Shown here piece by piece: positions 41,338 through 56,564 of a stretch of DNA of 64,000 nt. The notes beneath the pieces are model-generated. The model searched no databases. It was not told where the DNA came from and saw only the letters and a program-made list of their open reading frames with translations. This DNA is from Octopus vulgaris (Eukaryota): assembly GCA_951406725.2 (NCBI GenBank), contig OX597817.1, forward strand, positions 41,354,001 to 41,418,000, written 5' to 3'. How positions within the stretch are numbered: position 1 is the first letter of the stretch; every line of letters begins with the position of its first letter. The translations under genes were made by a program, and so were the position numbers.

Positions 41338-44300
41338 TGAGTGAGGTAAAACCAGTGTGTGTTTCTTACTGGCAAAAATGACCACCTCACCTAAAATACA
41401 ACAAGCAATAATATTTTGAATATGAACAGTATAGAGGAACAATTAAGTATATTTCGTAATCAGACATATTTAAGTGAACCTTATATTTGGAAATAAAGTA
41501 AAGCTTGATTCTGTAGAAGTTCTAAATCTCTAAGAATAATGATAATAATAATAATAACAATAATAATAATAAGTTCTTATAAGGTATATAATCAATCCAG
41601 AAGAGAGACTGTTGGCGGTTACTACAGAAAATCTAGTAATATGTAAGTATTTCAATAAATCTTGGATTAAACCAGGGAATTACAGTTCAGTGCGAGATCA
41701 CATGGAGAAAATGAAGGATGGAATAGAAACTGTTTATAAGTGGTGATCACAGCGGAAAGCATTAAACGGAATCTACTGAAGTATTTTGTAAGAGTTTGCT
41801 ATGTTAATATTCAGAAACATATGACAAACTAACACCAATCATAATATATATTTTAAAAAGAAAAACGCTCCTCTCCCTATGGTATGAAAATGTTAATACT
41901 TTAATCTATATGATAGCCAGATGTTTTTGCAACAGTTTGGCTAGATTTCGTTTGACAAGAACAAGATCATTAAACTAAGCTAAATCTCATTTGCTAACTG
42001 GGATTGACCAACATATTTTTCTATCACCAGTACTAATAGAATCAGAAATAATTGAAAATCTTCAGAGATCTAAGTACAATGTTGAATGGCGCCTACTTGA
42101 TATAGAAAGTTATCACAATATTTTCTCTCTCACTGTTGTTTTTTTGTTTTTTTTTTCAAATATATTTGTTTATTTGATTCCTTCTTCATAAAGCAATTTC
42201 TGTTCCATTAAAAATATTCTCAGTTGAATGTAATATCATGGCATCTAGCATAAAAGATGGACAAGTGACAAATGCAAGGAAACATGTGTAAGTATGTAAG
42301 TGTGTGTGTGTGTGTGTGTATAAAAGCACACATATACATATTTCTATGTAAATATGTGAGTGCATGCTGTGCTCACACAAAGTGTATGTGTGTGTATATG
42401 TACACACACACACATACAGGTAGGTTTAAATTTACAGTTACAACTTTAGACTTGCTCCATTACTCTAACAAAGATAAAATAGCAATTGAAAAAAATTGCC
42501 GGATGAGTGAATTCAAAGTTTGCATTAGAACCACTAAACATATTTGCTGCAAACTTCCATTTCTTTCAAGTCACAGGCTTTAATCATGCATATTTACTTT
42601 ATTAAATATTTCAAACATATAGTAATAAAGAGAAAAAAGCCATTTCTAAAATATCAATTTTACCCATTTAACTTAACGTTACTGGGAGTAAACATGAAAG
42701 CAACAAATATAAAACAATAAAACATACATAAAAGCAAATAATAGAAAAATAAAATAAAAATAAACAATAAAAAAATACATAAAAATAACTGCTGTAGCAA
42801 ATACAAACTTAGTACAGAAGGAAATTGGAAATTATAGTTATTGTTAAAAACAAAAATAAAAATTTTTCATATTTCATATTGCTAATACAATAATACATAC
42901 TGAATATTGTTCTTATTTTGTCTTCAATATGTAAATGGAGTACTAAAAACTCTGTGGAAATTGTTTATTAACATGTTTCTTAAATATATGTAAGACATAC
43001 TCCACTAAAGAACATTTCATCTATACAAGTAGCTGTTTTCTTTATATAAAGACAATGAGAAAAAAAAAATAAAGAAATAATTTTTTTTATCAATCTTGGA
43101 CTACTTAATGGACTTTTGCTCTGTGTGAGGCACTGGGTGGAGGTAGACAGAGATTGAAAGAGATTCCATCAACTATCTTGTTAATACAACGGTTTGTCTT
43201 TGGAATTACATAATTAAAAATCTGAAGAAAACGTCAAGTAATTTTCCAGTTTCTTATCTGACTTTTTGGTTAGTTGAATATTCCATTAAAATAGCAATTT
43301 ACTTGTGGTCACAGACTTTGAATCAAGGCATGGCAAGACCTTCATAAACATGTGCTTGACAAAAATTTCTGAAACATTTATTAAGCTTCAAAGAAAATCA
43401 AACTACCAAAATGTAAATGTGAAGGAAATATAGCTGTGAAGGAACATAATTACATAATTTTTAAAGGAAACAAACCTTTAAATTATCTTGGAGTTGGAAG
43501 GTTAAAAGAAAAAAAAAATCATTTTCTATATCTTAATTCAAATTTACAACTATGAAAAATAAGGTTCCTGTCATTTTTGTTTAATATCAGGTAAGCACTG
43601 ATTAATCAGACTTTCAATGAAAAAAAAACCAAACCATGACCATCCAGCTTTTTTTCTATATCTAGGACTACACTATCCAATGTGTTGTACCATTTTCAAG
43701 ATGTTAATAGGACTTGGAAGAGCTTTAGTTGCCATATCCAGCAGGTTGAGCTTCTTACCTACCATACAAAGATTCTTGTGTGCTAGTTAGGAGAAGTGAT
43801 CTCACTGAATATGTAAACAAGACATGTTCACATTTTAATAGTTAATATATCTAATTTTGGCCAACTTTAATCAACCATCATAATGAATATTTAAAGGGAA
43901 AAAATTGATTTTCTAATTTTGTTTTTTAACAACATTAGTAATCATTATAAAGTTAAGTTTCCTGGAATAACTAGAAGAATTTTTGAAAGCTTCAAGCAAC
44001 ATTTCAAGAATAGTGAGCTTTCTACTTGAGTAGAGTGATTAATATCATTTCAAGAATTCATTTAAATTTGAATAGTTTAGTTTTAGTGGGTGAATTTTAA
44101 ATTATCCTATATATAAATAAAAACCTAAAAATATCCCCACACTGAGGGCAAAATTCACATGCTACCTCACAAAAAGGGGCAAAAAGTAAAGGATTGAGAT
44201 TATTTGCAAAAGCCAAATTTACAATATGAGGTTTAAAAAAAAAACAGTAAATAAATGTAATACAAATAGAAAAATAATAAAAATAATAAGTGAATATATA

Positions 44301-46193
44301 CAAATACCACCTTATATAGTGAGGCAGTAGTCAGTAAACTGTGTAAAAAAGACTTTACTTGTCTATTGGAATAACAAATGATGAATAAAATTGAATAAAA
44401 TATCACCAAGAAAAATTTATGTGTATTTCCCTCCGGTTGCCCATTGATATTCAATCATACATATAACTGGATAAGTTTAAGGAGATAGAACACTCACTCA
44501 TACACACACACACAAAAAAAAATTCTCTCTAAACACAATGTTATACTGAACACAATGCATCTGCATATAACCTAACTCTCTGTTTATTCTTCATATTATA
44601 TTACTGTGGGAATCAATCTTCCAATTCACAGAATTAGAAACAAACATTTTACAATATATAGTTAATGAATGTAACTGCTTATGTAAATTATATATATATA
44701 TGTAAAATGATGATGATGATGATGATAATAATATATTTATAATTCTATATCATACACCTCCTCCCATACACACACACACATACATAGACATGCACAATAT
44801 CCCTGCTTTGCGTGGTCACAACAAAAGATTGAATGTTATACAGTATACACTGCACAGATATTATTCCCTTATAAATATGTATGTATGTGTGCGTGTGTAT
44901 AGGGAAAGGAAAGAGAGAGTGATCTTTATTTGTAAGTTATAAGAATACAAACAAGGAAGAGAAAAATCACCTAATATTGAGAAAAGAACAATTAGTAAGC
45001 CTTAACAAATAAGGGGGTAAGATAGGAACAGGAAGGGCAAATGTTGATGCTTGTTATCCCTGAGTAGTGGCCTGATTAATTAGAAACAATGAGCAATCTG
45101 TACACAAACACACACACTATACAGACATGCATATACATACATATTTGTGAGAAGTCAGGTTTTCTTAAGAATGATTTCTTATGAGCACTTAAATTTAAAA
45201 ATTCATCATTGCAGATTATCTTTTCTGCTTATTTGTTTATTGTATGGATATATGTTTAATTGGAAATATGTAGTGGAATATACAATTTCAAGAGAGAAAT
45301 ATTTCTAATTTAAAAAGCAACAGTAATGAGAAATCATGTTAAATTAAAATATGACAGTATATCATAAGAGACAGTGGGAAAGATAGACAAGACACTATGA
45401 GATGTAGTTTTCTGAGAATATCTTATCTCAACAGATAATTTATTCATAAGTAAACACCAGATACAAAATTTGTGTTCTCTATTTGATGTGAGATAGGAAA
45501 TGTAAACTCATATGAACATCAAACCAGTCCAATTTAAAGATGACTAGAATAACATATTAACGACATGTCAGTAAAAATTCTAACAGAGGTTGTGCATATA
45601 TGTAGGTGAGAATAAAGATAGAGACAAGAAACACTGTGTTTGATTAGTGTTTGATTGGTATCATGAAGAAAATAAAAAAAATAAAAGTATTGAGTTAAGT
45701 TTGAGTAATTCAGCAGAATTACTCAAAACTTAATCTGACATTTTTAGCTATTCTATAAATTCTATAAACAAAAAGTTAAAAAGAAATCACTTGGACAAAC
45801 TTGATTATTTGTTTGAAATACTTAACTAAATTTATGCAAATATTTAGGAGTATTTTACACTTTAAAACTGTGATATGCGGAAAAGTTTTGGATTTAATAA
45901 AACTGTTTTGATTTCAAAGTTCTTACTGGTTTAATCCAAGAGAATAACCTCTTCCTTGAAGATACATGAATATTCTTTTTGAGTTCTTCACAAAAGAGAA
46001 CTAACCATCATTGATAACCACAAGAAAGAGGGTTATATATATATATATATATATATAGTATAGTGTATCATCAGGACCCATGAACTGTCTCAGATCTGTA
46101 AAGGGTCTCCACTATCAAAATATACACCCTACATAATTGTGTACTGACTCCACATTTGAATTATGGTCTTCCTAGATCTATACTGGGCACATT

Positions 46194-46240
<47 letters not shown>

Positions 46241-46379
46241 AATGAGGCAACAAGCGTTTATAACTTGAGCATCTAAAAGAGAATATACACGTGGGAACAT
46301 GTATGCGCATATAATGGTTTGACTTGTGTTTGTATGCGTGATTACAGAGAAATTTTGGGAAATTAAAGAAATAATACAA

Positions 46380-46827
46380 AATGAGAGAGAATGAGAGAGA
46401 GGGTGAGAGATAGAAGAAGAAAGACAGAGTAAGGGAACAGAGACAGTAAGCATTATAGACACTATCTAGTAGTCAAAATGCAAGTTTTGACTGCTAGCAG
46501 TCAACACAAACTACTACTGCTGCTGCCGCCATTTCTTGAGTGTGTTAGTAGGAGAGATGATGGGCAGAACAGCAGTGAGTATGGAAGGGGAGAGCTACAC
46601 TTACACACAGACACACACTCATATGCGCTTACACAGATAAACAGTCACCTAACTGGGGGAAGGAATGGAGAAGGCGGAGGAGTGACAGAATCAAAGAGAA
46701 AGAAGAGTGGAGGGAAGCCAGAGTGGGGGAGGCTGCTGACTGCACATGAAGAGCAAACACAACACTACTTGATTATTCTTCTTCAGTAGCAGATCATAAT
46801 AACATTACCTGTGAAAGGTAAAAACAG
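46380..46827 (+). promoter_or_regulatory. Candidate promoter / first-exon region
   Basis: Purine-rich, locally higher-GC unique segment with GA tracts, a YY1-like GCCGCCATTT at 46525-46534, and donors AAG|GTAAAA (46817) and CAG|GTGAGA (46827). Confidence 0.35.
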
Positions 46828-46989
46828 GTGAGAGGAAAAAAACAAAAACAATGTTGGGTCCAAAGAAGAAGAAGAAAAAGGTGGAAACTATATTCCGTAC
46901 TGATATTATTTATTGGTGATGATAAGTATTAAAATAAAGGTGGAAAGAAAAGTGTGAAAAAATATTTGTTTTTATCTATTTTTCACTAG

Positions 46990-47090
46990 TTTACAACTAT
47001 CCACCCACACAGACATTCCAAATCAGTCAACTTTTGGATTACAAGACATCATCACTGCAATGGCAAGAATGGATATTACACTTGTCAAAG
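46990..47090 (+). other. Candidate upstream (5' leader) exon
   Basis: Acceptor TTTGTTTTTATCTATTTTTCACTAG ends at 46989; consensus donor AAG|GTAAGT at 47090/47091; unique sequence; contains ATG 47060. The link to the 63119 exon is inferred. Confidence 0.5.
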
Positions 47091-47124
47091 GTAAGTCTTT
47101 GGTGCTAAACATAACTACAAGTAG

Positions 47125-47146
47125 ATACATACATACACACACACAC

Positions 47147-47215
<69 letters not shown>

Positions 47216-47326
47216 TCATAGAGAGAAGCAAAAAACAAAAAGGTAAAAAATTATTAACCATTTATCTTTTCATACAAAACTCTTTCTTTCTTAAACACAC
47301 ATATTTATGTATGAATGAATGAATTG

Positions 47327-47369
<43 letters not shown>

Positions 47370-47476
47370 TCATTCTTCCTTTTATACATAAAAACAAATA
47401 CATTCACATGAGTATATGTATGTCATGTACACATGTATATAATCACATATATGTACATAAAGACAAATATACATAC

Positions 47477-47525
<49 letters not shown>

Positions 47526-47886
47526 TACAGAAACATACACACACACATCTTAAATTACATAGACACTAATATTTCTTTGTGCATGTATAAGTATTTTCAT
47601 AGACACAATATCTACCTAACTATATAAACACACACACACATAAAAGTGCATAGGTACATTTCATTACATAGAAGTACAACTGTGTCTGTATAAGTATGAA
47701 AACTGATGGAAACAAGGAATCTAAAAAGTTTGGAATATTAAAAAGAATTTCAGCTGAAATCATTTCTATTCTATTGAACATACAACACACACACACACAC
47801 ATACACACAAATGTACACTCCCACACACAAACACATGTGTGGGTGGGTGGGTGGATATGTTTGTATGTAATGTGTGAATATATATA

Positions 47887-47932
<46 letters not shown>

Positions 47933-48613
47933 TATACATATATATATATATATAAATATATACATATATATATATATATAAATATATACATATATATATA
48001 TCTTATGTGTTATTTCAGTTTAAGCCGACACACTGAGTATATGTGGTATGTACACAGAATTATTAAGTAAAATTTTGTATTTACATGTGTATGAATGTAA
48101 AACATGCATTCATATGCATACAAGTTAATAAAAATAATTGAATAAAATAAAAAAGTATGTTTTGTGTTAATAATCAAAACATATAAAGCATAAATTTTTT
48201 ATATATATATATATATATACATGAATGAAAATATGGATATCAATACACACACACAATCCTACTTTTGATAAGGAAAGGGCACTCAATACTTTAAAGCTAA
48301 TCCACACACACATACAACATACATAAAAGTATGATTTGGGTAATCATCATTTTGCTTCTCTCACACCCACAAACACATACATACACATAGACAAAAACTT
48401 ATTTTCACTTATCTTTTATTTCTTAATAATACTTTCAACTACTAAGAATTACAAAGTTTAGTTGTACTTTTGTGTGTGTTTTAGAGAGAGAGAGAGAGAG
48501 AGAGAGGGAGTGAATATGTCTGTGTGAGTGTGTGTGCATGTGCATATATATGCAAATACATACATAAGTACAACTAAAAGATATAACATTTTAAATATAT
48601 ATATGTGCATGTG

Positions 48614-48650
<37 letters not shown>

Positions 48651-48735
48651 TTGTCTATATATGTTTATATATATGTATGTGTATATATATATATTTTTAA
48701 ATATATACATACATATATATGTATATATGTATGTG

Positions 48736-48770
<35 letters not shown>
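47125..48770. repeat. Dense (TA)n/(CA)n microsatellite field at the start of the inferred long intron
   Basis: Multiple long TA runs near 47150, 47330, 47480, 47890 and 48620. Confidence 0.9.
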
Positions 48771-49673
48771 AGTAGTAGAATCAAAATGGACTGTTCTTGG
48801 TATGATATTAAATATTTTGGAAAAAAAAAATTAATAAGAATGACTTTTCTGATCATTTTTTACACTTTAATAATTAGATGCTCACAAAATCATTAAAGTG
48901 CACAAAAAGTCATTTTCATTCATTTTCTTAAAAACAATATATGTCTGTATGCATGTATGTATATATGTATGTATATAGCATAGTATGGGCACACTACCTG
49001 ACAAATAGAGGGAGGACAGAATTGATTGTACTTCAATAATTTATCCACCCCAGAAGAATGCATAATTGATGTCAACTCCACTGAGAGATGAGCCAAGAAA
49101 CTGGGGCTATAAGGAAGTTTGGTAAAATGCCACAAGGCATATTGTCCAGCAATATGCATATCCTATAATCCACTGCATCATCTTATGTATTACTTGTACA
49201 TATATATGTGTATGATGTATGTGCGTGTATGTGAGCATGCATATATATATATGATGTATGTATATCTACATATACATCAAACTGAATGACTTGTTAAAAG
49301 TACCTAGAGCTATTTCTTACGATGCAAAACCAACAGTAAAGTAGATGATAGTACATCTACTGGAGTTGACAAAAGAATTCTAATGATTTTAATTAAAATA
49401 ACACCATTTAGTGATATGAGCAATAAATTTCTTAGTCGCTAATTCTGGTAAGTAGGAAAATGAGATGCAACAAGCGGAAAAACATGCAGAATAATAATTA
49501 AAATAAATTATATACGAAATGCCATAGGCAGTGAATCAAGTCTTTGGGGAGAAATGATAACTCTGGATATGTTCTGGTTTTATTAGACTTCATCAGTAAA
49601 TCACAGTCTAACCATTGGCTACACATACAAAGTAGAAAGTAGATATATAAAAATACACACAGTGTATGTAAAG

Positions 49674-49705
<32 letters not shown>

Positions 49706-50959
49706 ATAGAGGGAGAGAGAGAAAAAGGGAGATATAGAGAAAGAGCAAAGGGGGAGAGTGGAGTGGGAGCTTTATTCATTCACAAAATATTACTGAATTA
49801 ATCATGTGTGTCCTCTATATGTAAAATCGAATATAAAAAAGTGTGTCATCCACTGATTTTAAATGGATAAAAATTTTTATATATAAATATAAATCTCCAC
49901 ACATGTATTAATGTGTATATGTGTAAATCTAATTTTTCATGCACGATCTATTAAGGCTACCCGTTCAGGTCAACATGATCTAGCTCCCTTCAATGCTCTA
50001 GTCCCTCATAGCCTGACATGGAGGGGTGGGTGGGCACTCACTTTTGTTCTCCAGCCTTCCTAGATGGGTAACATCATCTCTGACAGCTATATGTTAGCAC
50101 GTTCATGCATTTGGCATCAGTGAGATCAGCGGAAGAAAGCAGTGTGGCAGAAGTCAACTTAAACGGAGAGAGCTTGTCAGGATGAAAGCCTACGCAGACA
50201 ATTGAATTGTAACATTTGAGCCATGAAATTATAAAGCAGTGTTTTCATCAAGGAATGCTATGAAGCCCATGAAAGCTTGCACTGCACTTTAAGAATTGCA
50301 GGCAGCCAATAAAAATGAGCTTTGAGATTCTCTGTGTAAACCATAAACAGCAAGTTGGTGTGGGAAAAAGATGACACCTCTGCTTATAGGCAAATTCCCA
50401 TGTAAGTTGGACTAGAAAGAAAGAGTCGCTCAAAAACATTATGACTGATACAAACAATTAACTCCCTACTATGGAAAAGAAAGCTTTTTAGATCATTGCA
50501 GCTAACTGCAATGATGCTAAAAAATGTTGCTAAAAAACAACACCAGCAACAGGTTAAAATGTTGGAGACTGGTAACTAAAGCAATATAACTCCACAAATT
50601 ACACACACACAGCCAAAACACTGAACACAGAGCAATGCTATCACCACAGTCTGAAAGATGTCATTTTACAATGGCTTGTACATTCATATCTGTGTATGGC
50701 CTCTAAATATTCAATGCAAAGATCCATATTGATGGCAGGCACTTTATTCACTTGGCTGAACCATTTTGCATTACAAAATACAGGCTTTCAAAGGCTAAGT
50801 GCATGGATACCACTTTACCCTCACAGAATCAGAAATGCAATGATTAACTCACTGGAAATGTATAACCGATAATGCTATAGTTTGCAAACCTAGGATATAA
50901 ATTGAAACAAAAATATATGCCGTATGAATTGATATTTTTAAAAAATGTTTTGGTCATGA

Positions 50960-51720
50960 AGAAGCTCTTGGTGAATGGTAATATCAATGCTGCTTATGAT
51001 GTTCTTGGAAATCTGCTAGTTGATGAGTCCAGAGAAAAAGCATGCTGTCAGGGTTTTAAGAGTTAATAGGGATGATGACAGGAGGGGAGAGGCAGCGAGT
51101 TGGATAGACTAGGGTGGAGGTGGTACAATGCCAGCCAGGTCAGGGAGATAGAACTTGCTGTAGTATCAGTAGAAAAGCCAGAGAAAGGTGACACCTCATC
51201 AATAGGCTTGAAAGTGGTCTGGTCAATGACTGCATGCTCATCAGAGGGTAGGATATAGTCTAGGATGTTTGTGTGTGTAGCAGCTAGCAGCACTCAGAAG
51301 TGGGGTCAGTATTCCATAGTGGGTCTCATATGAACCCTGAAGAATGTTAACAACTGAAGTATTTTCTGGCTGTAAAGATGAAGTCCAATTATTGTGATGC
51401 AGTTTTGTTCTGTTGTGAATGTGAAATTGCCAGATGAGATCATCACTGGTTACAAGCCCTGTAAGCAGAGTGATTTTAAGAGTTTGTGGCTGCACTGTCT
51501 ATGATAAGCAACATGGAGTACAAAGTTGTTTCTTTAATATCGGCAATAACTATGTGTGTTTCTGTGAAATGAAACAAGATGGAGAATGGCTTTCGGTTCC
51601 CATTCATAGAAACAGTGAAGGTTTGGCATGAGGTGATTCATGGGAGGATTGCATGCAGAAGGTTACAGAAGGAAGGTGGAGAGATAGGTGACACCATCAA
51701 CATATATGCAAGCATTCTTG
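50960..51720 (-). pseudogene. Second, oppositely oriented CR1/Jockey-type LINE fragment
   Basis: Minus-strand YVDG (cf. YADD), LTGLVTSDDLIWQFHI and FRVHMRPTMEY*PHF*...ILDYI. Confidence 0.7.
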
Positions 51721-51899
51721 GAGATTATGCAAATTCATGAAAAAATGGTGTGCAGGAAATAATGCTTATTGAAGTACTTGCAGTCGATCTATATACTTAT
51801 ACACAAATCTTTATACATATATGCATGAATTCAAACAAATATGTACATAAATATAGTCATCTATATAAGGGCAAGTAAAAATGCACACACCTATGTATA

Positions 51900-53700
51900 C
51901 ACATGGTTTGACAATTGGAGAATCACCCAGCCCTAAAAAAATTGGACAGCACTGCCAAGTCCATCATGCCAACCATGACCAGTGCATACCACCATGCAAC
52001 ACAACTCTCATCCTCTCCCAGCTTCTAAACTGAAGCCAAATCATTCATCCCTTTATCAAAAAGATCTGTATCTCCTATAGCTGTGATGATTTTTCTGAAC
52101 TGTATTCATAGGTAAAAATTCTCTATATCTGTTATGAGGTTTAAATTTAATTGCCTGCACATCAAGTAAGCCTTCTCCAAAGCTATTTCTTGCCATTCAA
52201 CCAAGTGTATCACAATTCATACATATATACCAACTATTAAAATACATCTGGTTGATTCAAATTAAAAAGGCCATGGGTCCTGACAATCTCCAATTACACT
52301 CAATATGCTCTAGACCTCATCCCTATATTCACCAAATACACCTATCTACTGGTCTGTGTGTGTGTGTGTGTGTGTATCTCTTTCTATCTATCTCTTATTT
52401 ATCTGTCTGTCTGTCTCTATTTAGCTATCTTTAGGTATGTTCTACATTGGTATGCTTTCCCAAGAAGGGCAACTGCTTCTCTCCAGCCAACTAACATCAT
52501 GTTATCACTTTCAACATCAAATTTAAAGGAAATAAATATTAACATTTCTAACCCCTTGTATCTCCCCCTCCCCCCCTCTCTATTTAAAAACCACAAGGAT
52601 GACATTCTTATGACCAGACCTATTAGAAACTTATTCCAGCAGATAGCACTTGTAAGTGGGTTCCTACTCTTAGCAACAGGTGAAAGCATTGGCACTGCCT
52701 TTCAACTGTATCTGGTCTAAAAATTGTTGCCTATAAACTTCATTTGCTTCTCATCTCTTTGATTGGTAGCTTCTTGTCTGATTGCATTGCCACAGCCTAT
52801 ACAGATGGGGCTCTACTGGATCCACACAAGTGTGACCCATGATTCTGTTCTATCCCTTATACTCCTTCTCTTATAGATCATTGATCTACTAGCCATCACT
52901 TCCAAGAAGGATCCCTCTAGGAGGGGTGCTGCATGTACAACAGCTCAGAGAAAGATCTACAATAATTCCATAAACAAAATCTTCAAAAATATTCCAATCG
53001 GGTTGTCTGAATCTCGCCTCCTTAAACAGTGAGAAAACACACATGAAAACATCATGGCACCCCAAACTTTACCCATAATAAGCACACACCTAGACCCTTT
53101 GAGACAGCTCCAAACAATTGGATTCACTATTGTTCAGGATATTTTCTTGGCAAAAACACATCCTTAATACAACAAAGACTGCATGTCAAAGACTGGACTT
53201 TCTCTTGAGAGACTGAAAATACTTCACCTGCATGTTACAACACTCAGGTAAGATCCACACTGGAAAACTGTCCCTATCTATGAGTACTGTATGTCACTCA
53301 CAAAGATGCTCCAGCCTCTAGTCCGCAAATGTGCTGTCTCCTCTACCAGCCATATTTTTACCACAATTACGATGGTTTCTATACTTTCGAGCTGACTGGT
53401 CTCATACCACCACCACTCTGACATTCTTGATTCATCTGTCTTCCTTCCTCTCATTATGCATGTTGTGACCCCACTAAGCCCTCACTCTGCTCAGTTCGTC
53501 TCCTACCAGAATGTTGGACTCATACATCTTTCTGCAAATCCTCTCTTGCCATCATCCACCATCCAGTCATTCTCCAATAATTGTTTTCCTCCATTATATT
53601 ATTCTGCTGTGTCTATTCCATCTCCTTATCAACAACCATCATGTAGCTATTTCTCTCATTCTCATTGTCATTTAGCTCCCATCTCTTTGGTTGTCTTCTA
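51900..53700 (+). pseudogene. Decayed CR1/Jockey-type LINE ORF2
   Basis: Colinear motifs KKAMGPDN, PKKGN, LISLIGSFLSD, SVTHDSVLSLILLLL*IIDL (cf. GVPQGSVLSP.LF...INDL), YNTQVRSTLENC, LQPLVRKCAVSS and ELTGLIPPPL. Confidence 0.8.
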
Positions 53701-53999
53701 TTATTCTCTTGGCCTGGTTCTCATTCATCACTTTTATTTCACCTGCTTAGTAATATTGTTTCTATTCAATCTCCCTACCAACAAACATTATTGTAATTGT
53801 TTGTCTCTCTTTCATAGCTTTTCCTTCTACCATCTTTGTGTCCCTATCACTCCTGTTATTCTCTGTTACTCTCTCCTATCACCCTCTTGCTCTGAGTCAC
53901 TTCCTATCTAGTTGTGTGCAAAAGAAAAGAATGATCAAATAGAAAATGGGGATTCTTTTTTAGTCTTACCAGCTGCAAGATAACTTTTCTGGAGCCAGA

Positions 54000-54350
54000 G
54001 AACAAATAAATGGTGATAACAGTGGAAGAGAGGACTGTTTAGACTAACTGGGGAGAGAACAAACTCTTGTGCATCTGCATTGATAAAAGACACCTAGAAC
54101 ACTCTAAAGCGGTCGCAACAAGAAGGGAATCAGCCCAAAGAAGCCATGTCAAAAGTAGGATGTATGACCAATGCTATTATGGAACGGCTGGCGGAAAAAG
54201 AATAATACACACATACACACACATCTGTTGTTGGCTAACAATCTGGAGATGATAAACTGAAAAGTGATGAAGTAGCTTATTTAGACCAGTCCAGAGCCTT
54301 TTACCCTGGAGTTTTCACAGTTCCCAGTCTGGTTCACCAGAAGTGGCTGC
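54000..54350 (+). pseudogene. Possible L1/Tx1-type RT remnant
   Basis: AYLDQSRAF near 54275-54302 resembles LDQSKAFD; little other support. Confidence 0.3.
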
Positions 54351-54689
54351 ACAGAGTGGAAACAGGCAACTGAACTGGCTTATACAAACTGTGTGTATGT
54401 GTGTATGGATACATGCACATGTATACACACACAGACACATACTGAAACAACTATGCTGTCATGAGGTATGACATGCTTTATAAAAATAGACTCCATATAT
54501 ATATATATATATATATATATAATGTATTGGGTCCTTTATTGAGTTGTAGTCTCCTCAATCTTTGTTCAAATATTATACTCATTGTATATACATACACGCA
54601 CATGAAACTCTCACACAAACATACAAACATACATGACATGAAAAGCTGTTGAATGAGAATGTATAAGAAAGACTAACCCATGCAGACTC

Positions 54690-55310
54690 AACTGAAGAAT
54701 GAGCTGTTAAAGTTCATAGCTGTATGGTTGAAATGGCCATTAAGGATATGAAAGCAGAGAAAGTAAGAAGATCATTTGAAACGGTCACTGAGATGCTGAA
54801 AACCAGTGGCTACAAAGGACACGTAAAAGTTACAATCAGTCAGGTCATCCATGAAGAGGTAATTCCAAGAAACTTGTACAGAAGTAGAATTATGAAGTGC
54901 TACAAGGAGCAAAAAGAGATGCTTTAGAAAGAAGCAACTACAAAATCATTAAACTGATGGACCAAGTAATGAAAGTAGCAGAAAGATTTATGGCATAACT
55001 AATTAGAAAGATAATTAGTTTAAACGAAATATGGTTCATGTTTGTGTAGTAAAGAGCAAGCCACAATTGCCAGTATTTGTTGACCTAGAAAAGACCTTTG
55101 ACAGAGTACCAAGCTCTGTAGTCTGGTGGTCACTAAGAAGACTAGATGTACATGAAGAACTTGTGAGAACCATACAACTTCTCACAGAGATGCTGTCAGC
55201 AGAGTAAAAATTAGCAAGAAGTTCAGAGGAATTTAGCATACAGGTCGGTGTTCATCAGAGCTTGGTTCATAGTCTCTCTTGTTTATCAGAGTTCTCCAGG
55301 TCTTACCAAG
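54690..55310 (+). pseudogene. Decayed RTE-clade LINE reverse transcriptase fragment
   Basis: MVEMAIKDMK...EMLKTSG, DALERSNYKIIKLMDQVMKVAERF, FVDLEKTFDRVP..VVWWSLRRL and GVHQ correspond in order to RTE RT motifs, with stops and frameshifts. Confidence 0.85.
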
Positions 55311-56488
55311 TGCAATTATACAGGTGGTGCTCCAGTATGATTATTAACACAAACAAAGAAGGCACATCACTTTGTTAGTAAATGGCTTGAGTTCTGTATT
55401 GAAGAACTTAATCTAAAAGAAATTCAACACACACAGGTGGTAATTTCATTCATCATCATGTCTTGTAGTTTTTCTCCTTGAATTTTTTTTTCTAAAGATA
55501 ATATTTTTATATTCATCTGTTCTGAAGTAAAAACAGAATATACACTCTCAGTTCCTTTCATTACTCATCATATATTCACTTGCTCATTCCTACAAAATAC
55601 ACCAAGATAATGACCACCTGTATCCAATCAGAGCCCAGCATTCATTAAAAAATTTCCGATGGTTTTACTTGATATATTTCTGAAAATTTTTCATATACAT
55701 ATCCTGTAACAAATTTTCAGTGTGCTTTTTCCATGTGATATTATACATATCGACTATCCCTGTCTTACCCTTCACAACTGTCTGAAGAAGGGAAAAATGA
55801 AACTTGGAACAACAGCTTTCAGCTTCCAATACATATAATAAAAAAACAAAAGAAAAAAAAAAAAAAACCTCAACATCTCCCCTTGAATAATCTCTTTTCT
55901 TTTTGGCACAATTTTTCGTAGCGAAATGCACACAAACACACATGTAAATATATATCATTAGTGGGGGGGAAAAAAACACAAGAATGAACCCCCACCCCAC
56001 AACCACCACCACCACCAAAAAACAGCTGTACCACACATGTAACACACCATGTACATATATTTCCCACTCTGTAATGACTTTGAGTGAAAAGGCAGAATGA
56101 AGTACGCTGTTATTTCTTTTATATTCGATGATTTATAGAACTGAACATACAGCACGTGTGTTTAATAGCATTACACCGAGTATATAAACATTGAGCTTGA
56201 AAGGCAAAGTAAATTGCATCTATTGAACATCATTTACTGAATCATACATCACATTGCATGCATTAAATCAGCATTTTTATAAAGAATTAGAAATCATTTA
56301 CTTTTCATATTTAATAATTAATATTTTTAGTTTTAGTTTGGATAGAACTGCCTACTTTGCATATTTCATATATATATATTTATACATACATACATACATA
56401 TATAAACACACACACACACAAGCATATAAAGGTATATGTGTATGCATATCAACATGTGAATGTATTTGTAAGTGGATGTTTCTGTGTG

Positions 56489-56564
<76 letters not shown>

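Noticed and set aside
46478-46789. 103-aa plus-strand ORF and a minus-strand MAAAAVVVCVDC start
   Set aside because: The composition reflects purine-rich leader sequence; the minus-strand ORF ends after 12 codons.
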